Numbered from the whole stretch's first letter, positions 1-11,588 are shown. The stretch is DNA of 62,929 bases, filler included, from Octopus bimaculoides (GCF_001194135.2; 4 parts of 3 records of this genome joined end to end with filler, not necessarily neighbours in it); one strand, 5' to 3'. Notes: a model not told the origin generated them from the sequence alone. Numbers and translations are program-made.

Positions 1-21
1 TTTGTGCCTCCAGTAGAAAGG

Positions 22-63
<42 letters not shown>

Positions 64-65
<2 letters not shown>

Positions 66-458
66 AGGCAGCGTGCTGGCAGAATCGTTAGCACGCTGGA
101 CGAAATGCTTAGCGGTATTTCGTCCATCGTTACGTTCTGAGTTCAAATTCTGCCGAGCTCGACTTTGCCTTTCATCCTTTCGGGGTCGATAAATTAAGTA
201 CCAGTTTAGTACTGGGGTCGATGTAATCGACTATCACCCTCCTCCAAATTTCAGGCCTTGTGCGGCACGCTGCCAGAACCGTTAATGAGTCAGACAAAAT
301 ATTTAGTGACATTTTGTCCGGCTTTACGTTATGACTTCAAATTTCGCCGAGGTTGACTTTACCTCTCATCTTTTCGGGGTCGATAAAATAAGTACTAGGT
401 GTAATTGATGTAATCGACTTAACCTGAAATTGCTGGTCTTGTGCCAAAATTTGAAACC
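64..458 (+). mobile_element. Two tandem Deu/Nin-domain tRNA-SINEs
   Basis: Head GGCGGCGAGCTGGCAGAATCG, B-box GAGTTCAAATTC, core GCCTTTCATCCTTTCGGGGTCGATAAA..AAGTACCAG. The 3-prime end of a further copy occupies 1-25. Confidence 0.85.
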
Positions 459-459
459 A

Positions 460-533
460 TAGCATAATCGGTCTAAGAGCACCGCGACGCGTAATCACGG
501 AGGTGTGAGTTCGAGTCTCACAGCTGGCCGCCA
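460..533 (+). pseudogene. tRNA-like pseudogene lacking the 5-prime acceptor strand (anticodon reads CGT/Thr if a 7-nt loop is assumed)
   Basis: A-box tagcataatcgg; T-arm GTGAG-TTCGAGT-CTCAC with a perfect 5-bp stem; anticodon arm cgcga-cgcgtaa-tcacg; T-run at 537-544. The 5-prime end is replaced by a SINE 3-prime end. Confidence 0.5.
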
Positions 534-1339
534 ACATTTTTTTCTGCAAAATAGGGGTAGCTTATCCTGTTCAGGCTATATTATTAGCATTATCCTGCGT
601 TTGAGAATTTAAAAAATCACTTTTTTAACTTTCTAAGACATCTCAACGGTTCTAAAAGCAAACTTCGTTTGTTTGTTTACGTTTATCGTAATTTGAATTT
701 AATATTATTATTGTTTTTGTTGTTGCTACTGCTGTTGTTATTCTTTAACTATGTTGAACTGTGAGCCAGCAGACCCATGAATAATTGACCGCGTTCCAGT
801 CGTGGCAATTCCGTTTGTTTTTGTTTGTTTGTTTAGAGTTCTTTTTTGTGATTTCAGTATCTGGGACTAAGTTATCTTTGACGATGCTATTCTTGTTACG
901 TAAAAATAAAACCGAAAAGAGCCAACAAGATCGTTTTTATCTGCTTTTCATTTTATTCAACTGTCTAACATTAAAGTAACAAAATGGCTTCTCCTTGCTT
1001 CAGATCCGCCTACAGAAAAATTACTGCAAACTAAGCCAAACAACCAACCAATAAATAAAGGAAAAGAAGTGGTAAAAATATATCAAACAGGTGACAGAAA
1101 ATGTAATATATAATAATTATAATACTCCAGTAACAGCAACGATATCCTTCACAAACGTTCTTTTAAACAAGCGAAGAAAAACCAGATATAGAATATTTTG
1201 CCGGAAGACCGAGAGTTTTGTAGTAATTTGTACACAGGCCAGTTGCTAGGTTACCATAATCAATCACAGAGGCATGTGAGAGATGGCAAGGAATATACCT
1301 TTGTCTTGCTAAGAATACAGGAGGTTTTCTTTGTTTTGC

Positions 1340-2210
1340 CTGCTCTAGTAGATATTTTTGAATGAGATATCGTTCATGAAGAGAGGAAAGGCGTATGGTG
1401 CTGAATGTGTGATCTTTAAACTAGAAAACGGAGCGAAAAAGCAAGTCCTAGTAGTACACGATATGCGTACCTATAAGCTCATCCTGGAATATTTAGGGCA
1501 AAGAGAAACAAAGGTTACCATCAAGAACATCGGCAATGATGTCGACCTCTGGGTAGAGGTTACCTTCGCAGCATAATATGGGAAGGCTGTCAGTATAGAT
1601 GTAACATTGGATTAATTGGGACCAAGTAGAATCAGCATGTTTGTTGTCACTCCGTCGCTTACGACGTCGAGGGTTCCAGTCGATCCGATCAACGGAACAG
1701 CCTGCTCGTGAAATTAAGGTGCAAGTGGCTGAGCACACCACAGGCACCTGTACCCTTAACGTAGTTCTCGGGGATATTCAGCGTGACACAGTGTGACAAG
1801 GCTTGCCCTTTGAACCACAGGCACAGCAGAAACAGGAAGTAAGAATGAGAGAAAGTTGTGGTGGAAGAATACAGCAGGGTTCGCCACCATCCCCTGCCGG
1901 AGCCTCTTGGTGCTTTAGGTGTTTTCGCTCAATAAACTCACAACGCCCGGTCTGGGAATCGAAACCGCGATCCTATGACCGCGAGTCCACTGCCCTAACC
2001 ACCAGGCCATTGCGCCTCCACAGAATCAGCATGGACATAACAGTCTTCGTGACCCTGCAAGACCACAAAACAGAACCGGAACTATATATCCTGTAGAAGG
2101 TGCAGAAAGACAGACCTTCAAACCCAGCATCCAAAATAAAAGGCCCAGCTGCTTTATATGTGGAACTAAATCTCATTTAAGGGCCTTCTACACAGAAAGC
2201 CTTAAGGAAG
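1340..2210 (+). mobile_element. Probable Tx1/L1-type ORF1 (gag-like) relic interrupted by a SINE
   Basis: KVTIKNIGNDVDLWVEVTFAA*YGK resembles the L1/Tx1 ORF1 RRM start. After the SINE, RPSCFICGTKSHLRAF is a degenerate CCHC knuckle. Confidence 0.5.
1640..2021 (-). mobile_element. Full-length tRNA-derived SINE (family B) with 12-bp TSD
   Basis: TSD agaatcagcatg at 1628-1639 and 2022-2033; A-box TGGCCTGGTGG and B-box GTTTCGATTCC on the minus strand; tail ...cgacggagtgacaacaa. Confidence 0.92.
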
Positions 2211-3204
2211 AAAGCAGTGATATCAAATCAAAAAGTTGGTTGGTCGTAAGACGACGCCAGGTAAAACATGTGAGTCGGCATATAAGATTGCCCCTTCCTC
2301 ATTGCCTAGAGCGAACAATGAGGCCCAAAGGCCCACTCTTCTGTGACTAGATGAGTGGGCTAAGAGAAAGCGAATCATCCATACCAGTAACAACGACAGC
2401 GAATAGTAAACGATAAGGAAAGTACCCTCCTCATAACAACACCATATCGTCCACTTAAGAGGAGGAAAACGAGGCGGAGGCTGATGTGTTTAAAAAAGCA
2501 CAATGACCCAACGGAAAAATAAAATACAAATGTAATGTGGAGTAAACCTCCCGTGAAGAGGAGATAATCTCTTTCAAAGAAGGAATCATATTTTATGAAG
2601 GAAAACCAATAATCTACAATTCACAGCCTTCACAAAAGAAGAGAAAAAGAGTTCTGATAAAACATTTATACAACATGTACAAGGAATATCTAAACGAGGT
2701 AAGGATCGAGAAAGAAATGGGATCACATTTTTAAACAGACTAAAAACGACAGCTAAATAGTTGAAATTTTAGATAGACTTTACGAGGTATTATATTTCAA
2801 CGATTCAGAAAACGTGGGCCAATATGACACAAGAAATCTTCATGGATGACTAAGGAATCTTTAGCAATTTCCAATAGATGAAGGAAATTGAGTGCAGTTG
2901 TTGCCATGGTAGTTGAAGTGCTCTGATCAATGCGAGGAGACGCTGAAAATTTTTATATAAATGTCATCTTTTTATTCTTGATTTATTGTAATTTTTGTTT
3001 CCTTTTAAACTTTAAATTCATTCAAGTCACGTCCTCTTACGTCTTTGTACACCTTATCCGCGCCCAATCCACGTCTTCATAAGAGCTCTGTTTAAATCTG
3101 TTTAAAGTTTATTTGTTCTTTGTTTTTCCTTTTTTTTTGTGTTTTTTTTTTTATCTTCTGTATTTCTGTATTTCTGTATTTCTTCGACCCCTTGTGGCGT
3201 TGTT

Positions 3205-3671
3205 TGGATTTGCAGAATCGTCAGCCGCATCAGAAAATAATTCTTTGCAGTATTTGTTCCGGCTTTTTTAATTTCTGATGCCAAATCTCGCCGGGGTTAA
3301 CTTCCCCTTTCATCATTCCGGGATCGATAAAATTAGAATACCAGCTGAGTGCAAGGGACGACTTAATCGACACCCTCCTCGCACAAAATTTCAAATCTAT
3401 AGTAGAAATTATCATCATCATCATCATCATCATTATCATTATCACCATTCTACGTTCTGATTTCTATTTCCGCCGCCGAGGTCGACTTTGCCTTTCATCT
3501 TTTCGAGGTCGATAAAATAAGTACCAGTTGAACACCGGGGTCGATGTAATCGACTCATCCCCTCCCTCAAAATTGCCTCCCTTGTGACAAAATTTGAAAC
3601 CATTATTATCATTATTTTTATTATTATAATCATTATTATTATCATCATCATCATCATCATTATCATTATTA

Positions 3672-3706
<35 letters not shown>

Positions 3707-3866
3707 ACCTTTATATGCTAAGCATATGTCCCTTCTTTTTCAGTGTATACCGTGTATACTTTCTTTCTTTCATTTTTTTATTATCATTTCATTATATATA
3801 AACCACCACCCCCACACTTAATGTCTGTCTTTGTATTGTCCCCCTCGCCCTTGTGGCAAATAAATG

Positions 3867-3897
<31 letters not shown>

Positions 3898-4660
3898 TAT
3901 TATTATTATTATTGTTAGGTTGTTTGTTGTTTATAATTATTAATATTCATTTCATTAATATACTCTTTAGTGTGGGAGTTGCATATTGGCAGAATCGCTA
4001 GAGCGTCGAACAAAATACCTTGCAATATTTAGTTGCTATTCTTTACGTTCTGACTTCAGTTCCCATGAGGAGGTTAGCTTTCTCTTTCATCTTTCCAGTA
4101 TCGATAAAATAAAATACTAGCCAAGTATAGGGGGTCGATATAATCGATTATCTTTTCCATCGAACCAAATTTCTAACCTTCTGCCTATGTATGAATGAAT
4201 GGATGTTTGTTTTTGTTGTTGATTTCATCGTTTTAATCCATGCTTATCCGACCCTACTGCTTCTTGTGGTCAACATTTTGCATCTATAGGGCGGCGAGCT
4301 GGCAAAATTGTAAGCACATCAGGCAAAATGCTTAGCAGCATTTCGAGTTCAAATGCTGCCGGAGTCAACTTTGCCTTTCATCCGTTCAGGTTCGATAAAA
4401 TAAGCACCTGATGTGCACTGGGATCGATGTAATCGACTTACCTGCTCCGCACAAAACTTAATCCCTACCCCGATATCACAGTCCTAGTCCAAAATTTTGA
4501 AGCCAATATTCTGCGTCTACACTCCCCCACGACCTAAGTAGTGAAGGGATGAAAAGCAAAGTCGACCTCGGTGGAATTTGAATTCAGAACGTAACGGCAG
4601 ACGAAATACCGCTAAGCATTTCCCCCGGCGTGCTAACGTTTCTGCCAGCTCACCGCCACA
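3205..4660 (+). mobile_element. Cluster of Deu/Nin-domain SINEs (about 3205-3412, 3450-3600, 3975-4190, 4288-4510 on +; 4520-4660 on -)
   Basis: Repeated matches to the same core, separated by (ATC)n/(ATT)n tails. Confidence 0.85.
3725..3870 (+). mobile_element. Tx1-like LINE 3-prime UTR remnant (same family as 59935-60100)
   Basis: Shares gtataccgtgtatac, ttatcatttcattata, atgtctgtctttgtattg and gtggcaaataaatgaaatcatcatc with the reverse complement of 59930-60070. Confidence 0.7.
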
Positions 4661-5001
4661 TCTTCTTACTAAGGTAAAGGTATTAAATAAGTTTATGAAC
4701 ATAAAAGCAACTTAAGGTTTGGGGGTAACATATCAATGTACCCGTTCCCTTTTCAATCCTCACAGGCCCACCACCTCAGACTCATTCCTTCTGAGGTTGT
4801 TGTCGTTGCCTTAGCATGAGGAGTTCAATCTCTGTTAGAGCTGACTTTGTATTTTAATCGCTACATTCTCGTTTAGCTAATCGATAACCAATAACTAGCT
4901 GTATGCTAGACTTAATCGATATTTCGTCCAGGTCACTGACCGGCCAATATTTTACTCCTATTCTATCGAAAGTCTTTGGAAACCCTAAGGAAAAAAAAAC
5001 A

Positions 5002-5156
5002 GGGGCAGCGATAACTGTGTGGTAAGAAGTTTGTTTCCTAGCCACAGGATTCCAGGTTCAACCCCACTGCGTGACACCTTGGACAAGTGTCTTCTTCTAT
5101 ATCCTCAGGCCGCCTAGTGATTGGATTTGGTAGACGGAAACTGAAAGAAACCCGTC
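5002..5156 (+). mobile_element. CORE-like tRNA-SINE (family C, carries an internal microsatellite), 5-prime half
   Basis: gtgtggtaagaagtttg...ggttcaaccccactgcgtgacaccttggacaagtgtcttc...gtagacggaaactgaaagaa. Confidence 0.8.
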
Positions 5157-5161
5157 ATGCA

Positions 5162-5196
<35 letters not shown>

Positions 5197-6334
5197 CATT
5201 GCTGCAAAAGTGTCGTAAGTCCAAAATGTTGCTTTTTTCGGAAAAAGAAAAAATAGTTTCACCATTCCATAGCAAAACCGTTGTACTACACTTCGAGAAT
5301 TGAAGCAGCTTGAGATACGATAGTTTGACCAAAAGTACAGGCTATTCCAAGCAAAAATAAATATTGAAAAACAAAAAATGCATATTACTAACTTTGGACA
5401 TACGACNNNNNNNNNNNNNNNNNNNNNNNNNNNNNNNNNNNNNNNNNNNNNNNNNNNNNNNNNNNNNNNNNNNNNNNNNNNNNNNNNNNNNNNNNNNNNN
5501 NNNNNNNNNNNNNNNNNNNNNNNNNNNNNNNNNNNNNNNNNNNNNNNNNNNNNNNNNNNNNNNNNNNNNNNNNNNNNNNNNNNNNNNNNNNNNNNNNNNN
5601 NNNNNNNNNNNNNNNNNNNNNNNNNNNNNNNNNNNNNNNNNNNNNNNNNNNNNNNNNNNNNNNNNNNNNNNNNNNNNNNNNNNNNNNNNNNNNNNNNNNN
5701 NNNNNNNNNNNNNNNNNNNNNNNNNNNNNNNNNNNNNNNNNNNNNNNNNNNNNNNNNNNNNNNNNNNNNNNNNNNNNNNNNNNNNNNNNNNNNNNNNNNN
5801 NNNNNNNNNNNNNNNNNNNNNNNNNNNNNNNNNNNNNNNNNNNNNNNNNNNNNNNNNNNNNNNNNNNNNNNNNNNNNNNNNNNNNNNNNNNNNNNNNNNN
5901 NNNNNNNNNNNNNNNNNNNNNNNNNNNNNNNNNNNNNNNNNNNNNNNNNNNNNNNNNNNNNNNNNNNNNNNNNNNNNNNNNNNNNNNNNNNNNNNNNNNN
6001 NNNNNNNNNNNNNNNNNNNNNNNNNNNNNNNNNNNNNNNNNNNNNNNNNNNNNNNNNNNNNNNNNNNNNNNNNNNNNNNNNNNNNNNNNNNNNNNNNNNN
6101 NNNNNNNNNNNNNNNNNNNNNNNNNNNNNNNNNNNNNNNNNNNNNNNNNNNNNNNNNNNNNNNNNNNNNNNNNNNNNNNNNNNNNNNNNNNNNNNNNNNN
6201 NNNNNNNNNNNNNNNNNNNNNNNNNNNNNNNNNNNNNNNNNNNNNNNNNNNNNNNNNNNNNNNNNNNNNNNNNNNNNNNNNNNNNNNNNNNNNNNNNNNN
6301 NNNNNNNNNNNNNNNNNNNNNNNNNNNNNNNNNT

Positions 6335-6628
6335 ATTGAGCGAAAACACCTAAAGCGCCACGAGGTTCCGGCAGGGGATGATAGCGAACCCTGCTGTACT
6401 CTTTCACCACGACTTTCTCTCACTCTTACTTCCTGTTTCTGTTGTGCCTGTAATTCAAAGGGCCAGCCTTGTCACACTCTGTGTCACGCTGAATATCCCC
6501 GAGAACTACGTTAAGGGTACATGTGTCTGTGGAGTGCTCAGCCACTTGCACGTTAATTTCACGAGCAGGATGTTCCGTTGATCGGATCAACTGGAACCCT
6601 CGTTGTTGTAACCGACTGAGTGCCAACA
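6335..6628 (+). mobile_element. Family B tRNA-SINE (5-prime end in gap)
   Basis: Colinear with 22360-22650. Confidence 0.88.
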
Positions 6629-6639
6629 ACAACATTATT

Positions 6640-6995
6640 AGCTATGTTTTCAAACTCCGTCGAGGTCAACTTTGCTTTTTATCCTCTCGGGGCTCGATAA
6701 ATTAAGTACCAGTGACACACTGGGGTCGATGTAATCGACTAGTCTCCTCCTCCTTGTTCCTACTATAGAAAGGATTATTAGCTATTTTTTGTCTTTTTTT
6801 TTTTGTGATGCGGAAAGCTGGCACAATCGATAGAACATCGGTCAAAATGCTTAGCGGTATTTTGCCTGTCGCAACGTTCTGAGTTCAAATTCCGGCGAGG
6901 TCAACTTTGACTTTCATCTTTTCAGGATCGATAAAGTAAGTGCCAATTGAACACTGGGGTCGATGTAATCGTCTTAATCCCTCCCCGAAATTGGT
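6640..6995 (+). mobile_element. Two Deu/Nin-domain SINE copies
   Basis: gaggtcaactttgc...ggggtcgatgtaatcgac core occurs twice. Confidence 0.8.
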
Positions 6996-7095
6996 AGTGG
7001 TGGTGGTGTTTGGTGGTTTATCCTCAAATTTACCTTTGACCACCCAATCCTATTTATTCATTCATTCATTCTTTGTTTTATCTATTTCACACTTA

Positions 7096-7162
7096 GTACA
7101 TCCTGGAACCGTACATCCTGGGACCGTACATCCTGGAACCGTACATCCTGGGACCGTACATC
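7096..7162. repeat. 15-bp tandem repeat x4.5 with alternating A/G variants (30-bp higher-order unit)
   Basis: gtacatcctggaacc / gtacatcctgggacc alternate. Confidence 0.92.
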
Positions 7163-7314
7163 ATCCATTGTGTTATGCATGGCTTAACATCACAGGGGTG
7201 TGTGATTTCAGTGAAATTTGGCTACTATATTTAGCACGTCGAGTGACCTCTTAGAGGTTTCCACCTCTTCACGTTGATGTTAAGGTTTCCACCTCTTCGC
7301 GTTGATGTTAATCT

Positions 7315-7580
7315 TGTTGCCGCTGTTGCTGTTGTTGTTGTTGTTGTTATCACCACTGCTGCTGTTGTTGTTCTTGTTCTTATTCTTGTTGTTACTGCTG
7401 TTGCTATCTCGTTTGTGAGCGTTTTCCATTTATTAATAGCTTTATTGCTGCTATTGCTGCCCTTAATACTGTTGTTGTTGTTGTTGATGATGAGGATGGT
7501 GATGGTGATGGTGATGGTGAGGATGATGATGATGATGAGGATGGTGATGATGATGATGGTGATGATGTTATTATTGTCCT
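7315..7580. repeat. Mosaic trinucleotide tract (GTT/GCT/GAT/GGT)n
   Basis: Direct reading; source of spurious poly-V/L/M/S ORFs. Confidence 0.9.
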
Positions 7581-7884
7581 ACTGAGATCAATGGAAGCTG
7601 TGATAAACATCTCCCTGAACGTATTGCATTCAATATCTGTGGATGGTTCGGAAAAATATCGATATTGATTGATAAAATAGATACATACACACCCACACAA
7701 ACACACACACGCACACGCACACACGCACACGCACATATACACACACACCGCGCGCGCATTAGATACATTACACGCACATATACAGGCATGAACATATATA
7801 GTAACGTTGGGGGTTGTGAAATGATGAATAACATGCATTCATTGAAGAAGGGAATCAACAGTACAAGTAGAGTCAAATGTATTA

Positions 7885-7975
<91 letters not shown>

Positions 7976-8404
7976 CCACTTGCAAGCAAAAATAATAACC
8001 GTGCGGGCGTTCCATTAAACGATAAATTAAAGACATATAATAAGTGCACAAACGAACGGGAAACAGACACAGAAGGTCGCCAGATCTTCATCAGTTATCG
8101 GCCAGAGGAACAAACGCAATTTCGTGCCTTAACGATAATATTTAATCCCCTCTGGTGGCGCCTAAACAATGGCGAGCCAAAAACACGAAGGACCAGATAT
8201 GACAGGAAATGAACAAACTGACAAGAAGTAGACAACTATGCGATACAGAAAGTGAACATACAAATAGAGAATAAATGTGATTCAAGACGAGACAATTAGT
8301 GAACAGACGAGTGACAAAGACGAAAACAAACAGGACGACGTGTAGGCATACGAATGAACTGAAAATATATTATGTTGTAATCCAACATTGCAATATATTA
8401 TGTC

Positions 8405-8550
8405 ATTGAGTTCAAATTCTGCAGAAGTCGCCTTTGCTTTTTATCCTTTCGGGGTCGATAAAATAAGTACAGCTGAGAACTGAGGTTCATTTAATCGACC
8501 TTCCCAGTCCATAGAATTTCAGGTCTTGTACCTATAATAGAAAAGATTAT
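8405..8550 (+). mobile_element. Deu/Nin-domain SINE, 5-prime truncated
   Basis: gagttcaaattctgc...cctttcggggtcgataaaataagtac...ctataatagaaaagattatt. Confidence 0.75.
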
Positions 8551-8597
8551 ATTATATTATATTATATTCACTGTGTTACATTATATATTATATTATA

Positions 8598-9006
8598 CGA
8601 GATTTGATCAACAAGTATCCGGACTGTTGCCATAGTAACGAAGTTAAAGCTCAGAGAGTGAAGCTGCTTGGCACAGACTGAGGTCTTAACGTTCTTGCTC
8701 ACTTTTATTGTTTACAGCAGTACTTGGAAGGAAGGTGTGTAGCGTGTGATCGTCGCATTGACCATGACAGAAAGCCGTCATGGCGATACCCCGCATTGAC
8801 TATGACAGAGAAAGTTGAGCAGGGAATCTGCATCAAATTTTGCCAAAAACATGGTGATACCTGTTCAGAGGCCTACGCATAGTTTTCAAAACGTTTTCAT
8901 TGTTCTCTCAAGACAATCAAAGAAATCTTGTGCAACTGAAACCCGAGTGTCTTTTTGGTCAGCTGAACGCAATTTTGGCACAAACATGGCAAACGCGTTT
9001 CATGCC
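8598..9006 (+). mobile_element. Mariner 5-prime fragment with an internally inverted transposase piece, truncated by a gap
   Basis: TA + CGAGATTTGATCAACAAGTATCCGGACTG TIR-like start; MTEKVEQGICIKFCQKHGDTCSEAYA from 8802 (+). 8880-9006 reads on the minus strand as degenerate GMKRV...VSVAQDFFDCLE..ENVLKT (linker before the first catalytic D). Confidence 0.75.
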
Positions 9007-9967
9007 NNNNNNNNNNNNNNNNNNNNNNNNNNNNNNNNNNNNNNNNNNNNNNNNNNNNNNNNNNNNNNNNNNNNNNNNNNNNNNNNNNNNNNNNNNNNNN
9101 NNNNNNNNNNNNNNNNNNNNNNNNNNNNNNNNNNNNNNNNNNNNNNNNNNNNNNNNNNNNNNNNNNNNNNNNNNNNNNNNNNNNNNNNNNNNNNNNNNNN
9201 NNNNNNNNNNNNNNNNNNNNNNNNNNNNNNNNNNNNNNNNNNNNNNNNNNNNNNNNNNNNNNNNNNNNNNNNNNNNNNNNNNNNNNNNNNNNNNNNNNNN
9301 NNNNNNNNNNNNNNNNNNNNNNNNNNNNNNNNNNNNNNNNNNNNNNNNNNNNNNNNNNNNNNNNNNNNNNNNNNNNNNNNNNNNNNNNNNNNNNNNNNNN
9401 NNNNNNNNNNNNNNNNNNNNNNNNNNNNNNNNNNNNNNNNNNNNNNNNNNNNNNNNNNNNNNNNNNNNNNNNNNNNNNNNNNNNNNNNNNNNNNNNNNNN
9501 NNNNNNNNNNNNNNNNNNNNNNNNNNNNNNNNNNNNNNNNNNNNNNNNNNNNNNNNNNNNNNNNNNNNNNNNNNNNNNNNNNNNNNNNNNNNNNNNNNNN
9601 NNNNNNNNNNNNNNNNNNNNNNNNNNNNNNNNNNNNNNNNNNNNNNNNNNNNNNNNNNNNNNNNNNNNNNNNNNNNNNNNNNNNNNNNNNNNNNNNNNNN
9701 NNNNNNNNNNNNNNNNNNNNNNNNNNNNNNNNNNNNNNNNNNNNNNNNNNNNNNNNNNNNNNNNNNNNNNNNNNNNNNNNNNNNNNNNNNNNNNNNNNNN
9801 NNNNNNNNNNNNNNNNNNNNNNNNNNNNNNNNNNNNNNNNNNNNNNNNNNNNNNNNNNNNNNNNNNNNNNNNNNNNNNNNNNNNNNNNNNNNNNNNNNNN
9901 NNNNNNNNNNNNNNNNNNNNNNNNNNNNNNNNNNNNNNNNNNNNNNNNNNNNNNNNNNNNNNNNNNN

Positions 9968-10000
<33 letters not shown>

Positions 10001-10024
10001 ACTTGGAAAAGGATGCGTGGCGTT

Positions 10025-11551
10025 CGATCATATAATAATATAAATAATATATAAATATATGCATATATCCATACATATATGTACATACCTACATCTATAT
10101 GTACACATACATGCATATATGAGTACAGGACATCCAAAAAAACGTTAAACACAATGAGAAACGAAAACATAAAAACGGAAACAAAGAAAACGAACATTTT
10201 TTGAACAACGAAGAAAACAAACAGAGAAACGAGACATGCAACATAAAGTTGTCCCTGTTTCATCTACTCCGTATTTCGAAAACGCGGAGTAGATGAAACA
10301 GGGACAACTGACGAAAGGGTATACTCTTTAGGTCATACACATGACAGGTATACTCTTTATGTCACACACATGACAGGCATGCATAATACTGAATTACGCA
10401 TAAAGTAAACACATGCAGACAAATATATTAATATAACAAATTAAAAAATAATAACAAAAACATGCAATCAATGAAGAGACAAAAGAATCAGTAAGATTAT
10501 ACATGTTAATTTTATTAGGTATTTCTGTTTATTTAGAAACCTACAATGAACAGGTCATGTCACAGACGCTAAACTATAAATTTCACAGGGTACAACCTTA
10601 AAGTTGACACTGCTCCGCTAAACGCAGAAAATTTTTGTCTCGCTATAAGCTAAAAATACAGAGTTTTCCCGATTTTTAAACCTCAGTAACTTTTTCCTCT
10701 AATTTTTTTCTCCCCAACAGCATACCTTCATAGCAATGAGGCTGGAAGACTATATTGTTATAGCCGATTTCCAGATTTTTTACTTCCTTTTAAAAATAGA
10801 TATTTTGCGAATGAAAAGGTAAAGGCTAGTACCGCAGTTTGTGATCGTTGGGNNNNNNNNNNNNNNNNNNNNNNNNNNNNNNNNNNNNNNNNNNNNNNNN
10901 NNNNNNNNNNNNNNNNNNNNNNNNNNNNNNNNNNNNNNNNNNNNNNNNNNNNNNNNNNNNNNNNNNNNNNNNNNNNNNNNNNNNNNNNNNNNNNNNNNNN
11001 NNNNNNNNNNNNNNNNNNNNNNNNNNNNNNNNNNNNNNNNNNNNNNNNNNNNNNNNNNNNNNNNNNNNNNNNNNNNNNNNNNNNNNNNNNNNNNNNNNNN
11101 NNNNNNNNNNNNNNNNNNNNNNNNNNNNNNNNNNNNNNNNNNNNNNNNNNNNNNNNNNNNNNNNNNNNNNNNNNNNNNNNNNNNNNNNNNNNNNNNNNNN
11201 NNNNNNNNNNNNNNNNNNNNNNNNNNNNNNNNNNNNNNNNNNNNNNNNNNNNNNNNNNNNNNNNNNNNNNNNNNNNNNNNNNNNNNNNNNNNNNNNNNNN
11301 NNNNNNNNNNNNNNNNNNNNNNNNNNNNNNNNNNCTTCGAAACGCTTAGTTGAAGAATGGTGGCAGCTGATGAAGGAAATGTTCTCTATGTGGCCTGTGT
11401 GTTTTCTGTACTCTGTTTATGTTCTGTTTTTCATTTTGTCCACGTTTTTTGTAACGTCCTGTACCTATATATGCATCTATATATACATGTAGATGTAGGT
11501 ATGTACATACATGTACGTATATATGCATATACTCACATATTATTTGTATTA

Positions 11552-11565
<14 letters not shown>
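10025..11565. mobile_element. Inverted pair of one non-coding repeat family (10025-10245 +, 11335-11565 -), probably Penelope pLTR-derived
   Basis: tgtacatacctacatcta...tacaggac...aaaaaacgt...aacataaa is shared in opposite orientation; both carry GAAAC-N5-GTH and CTGAYGA hammerhead-like words. Confidence 0.55.
10247..10309. repeat. Perfect 25-bp inverted repeat with 13-nt loop
   Basis: agttgtccctgtttcatctactccg (10247-10271) / cggagtagatgaaacagggacaact (10285-10309); loop tatttcgaaaacg. Confidence 0.92.

Positions 11566-11588
<23 letters not shown>

Noticed and set aside
7274-8018. Low-complexity ORFs (poly-[16 protein letters not shown]), here and throughout the window
   Set aside because: They are translations of microsatellites.
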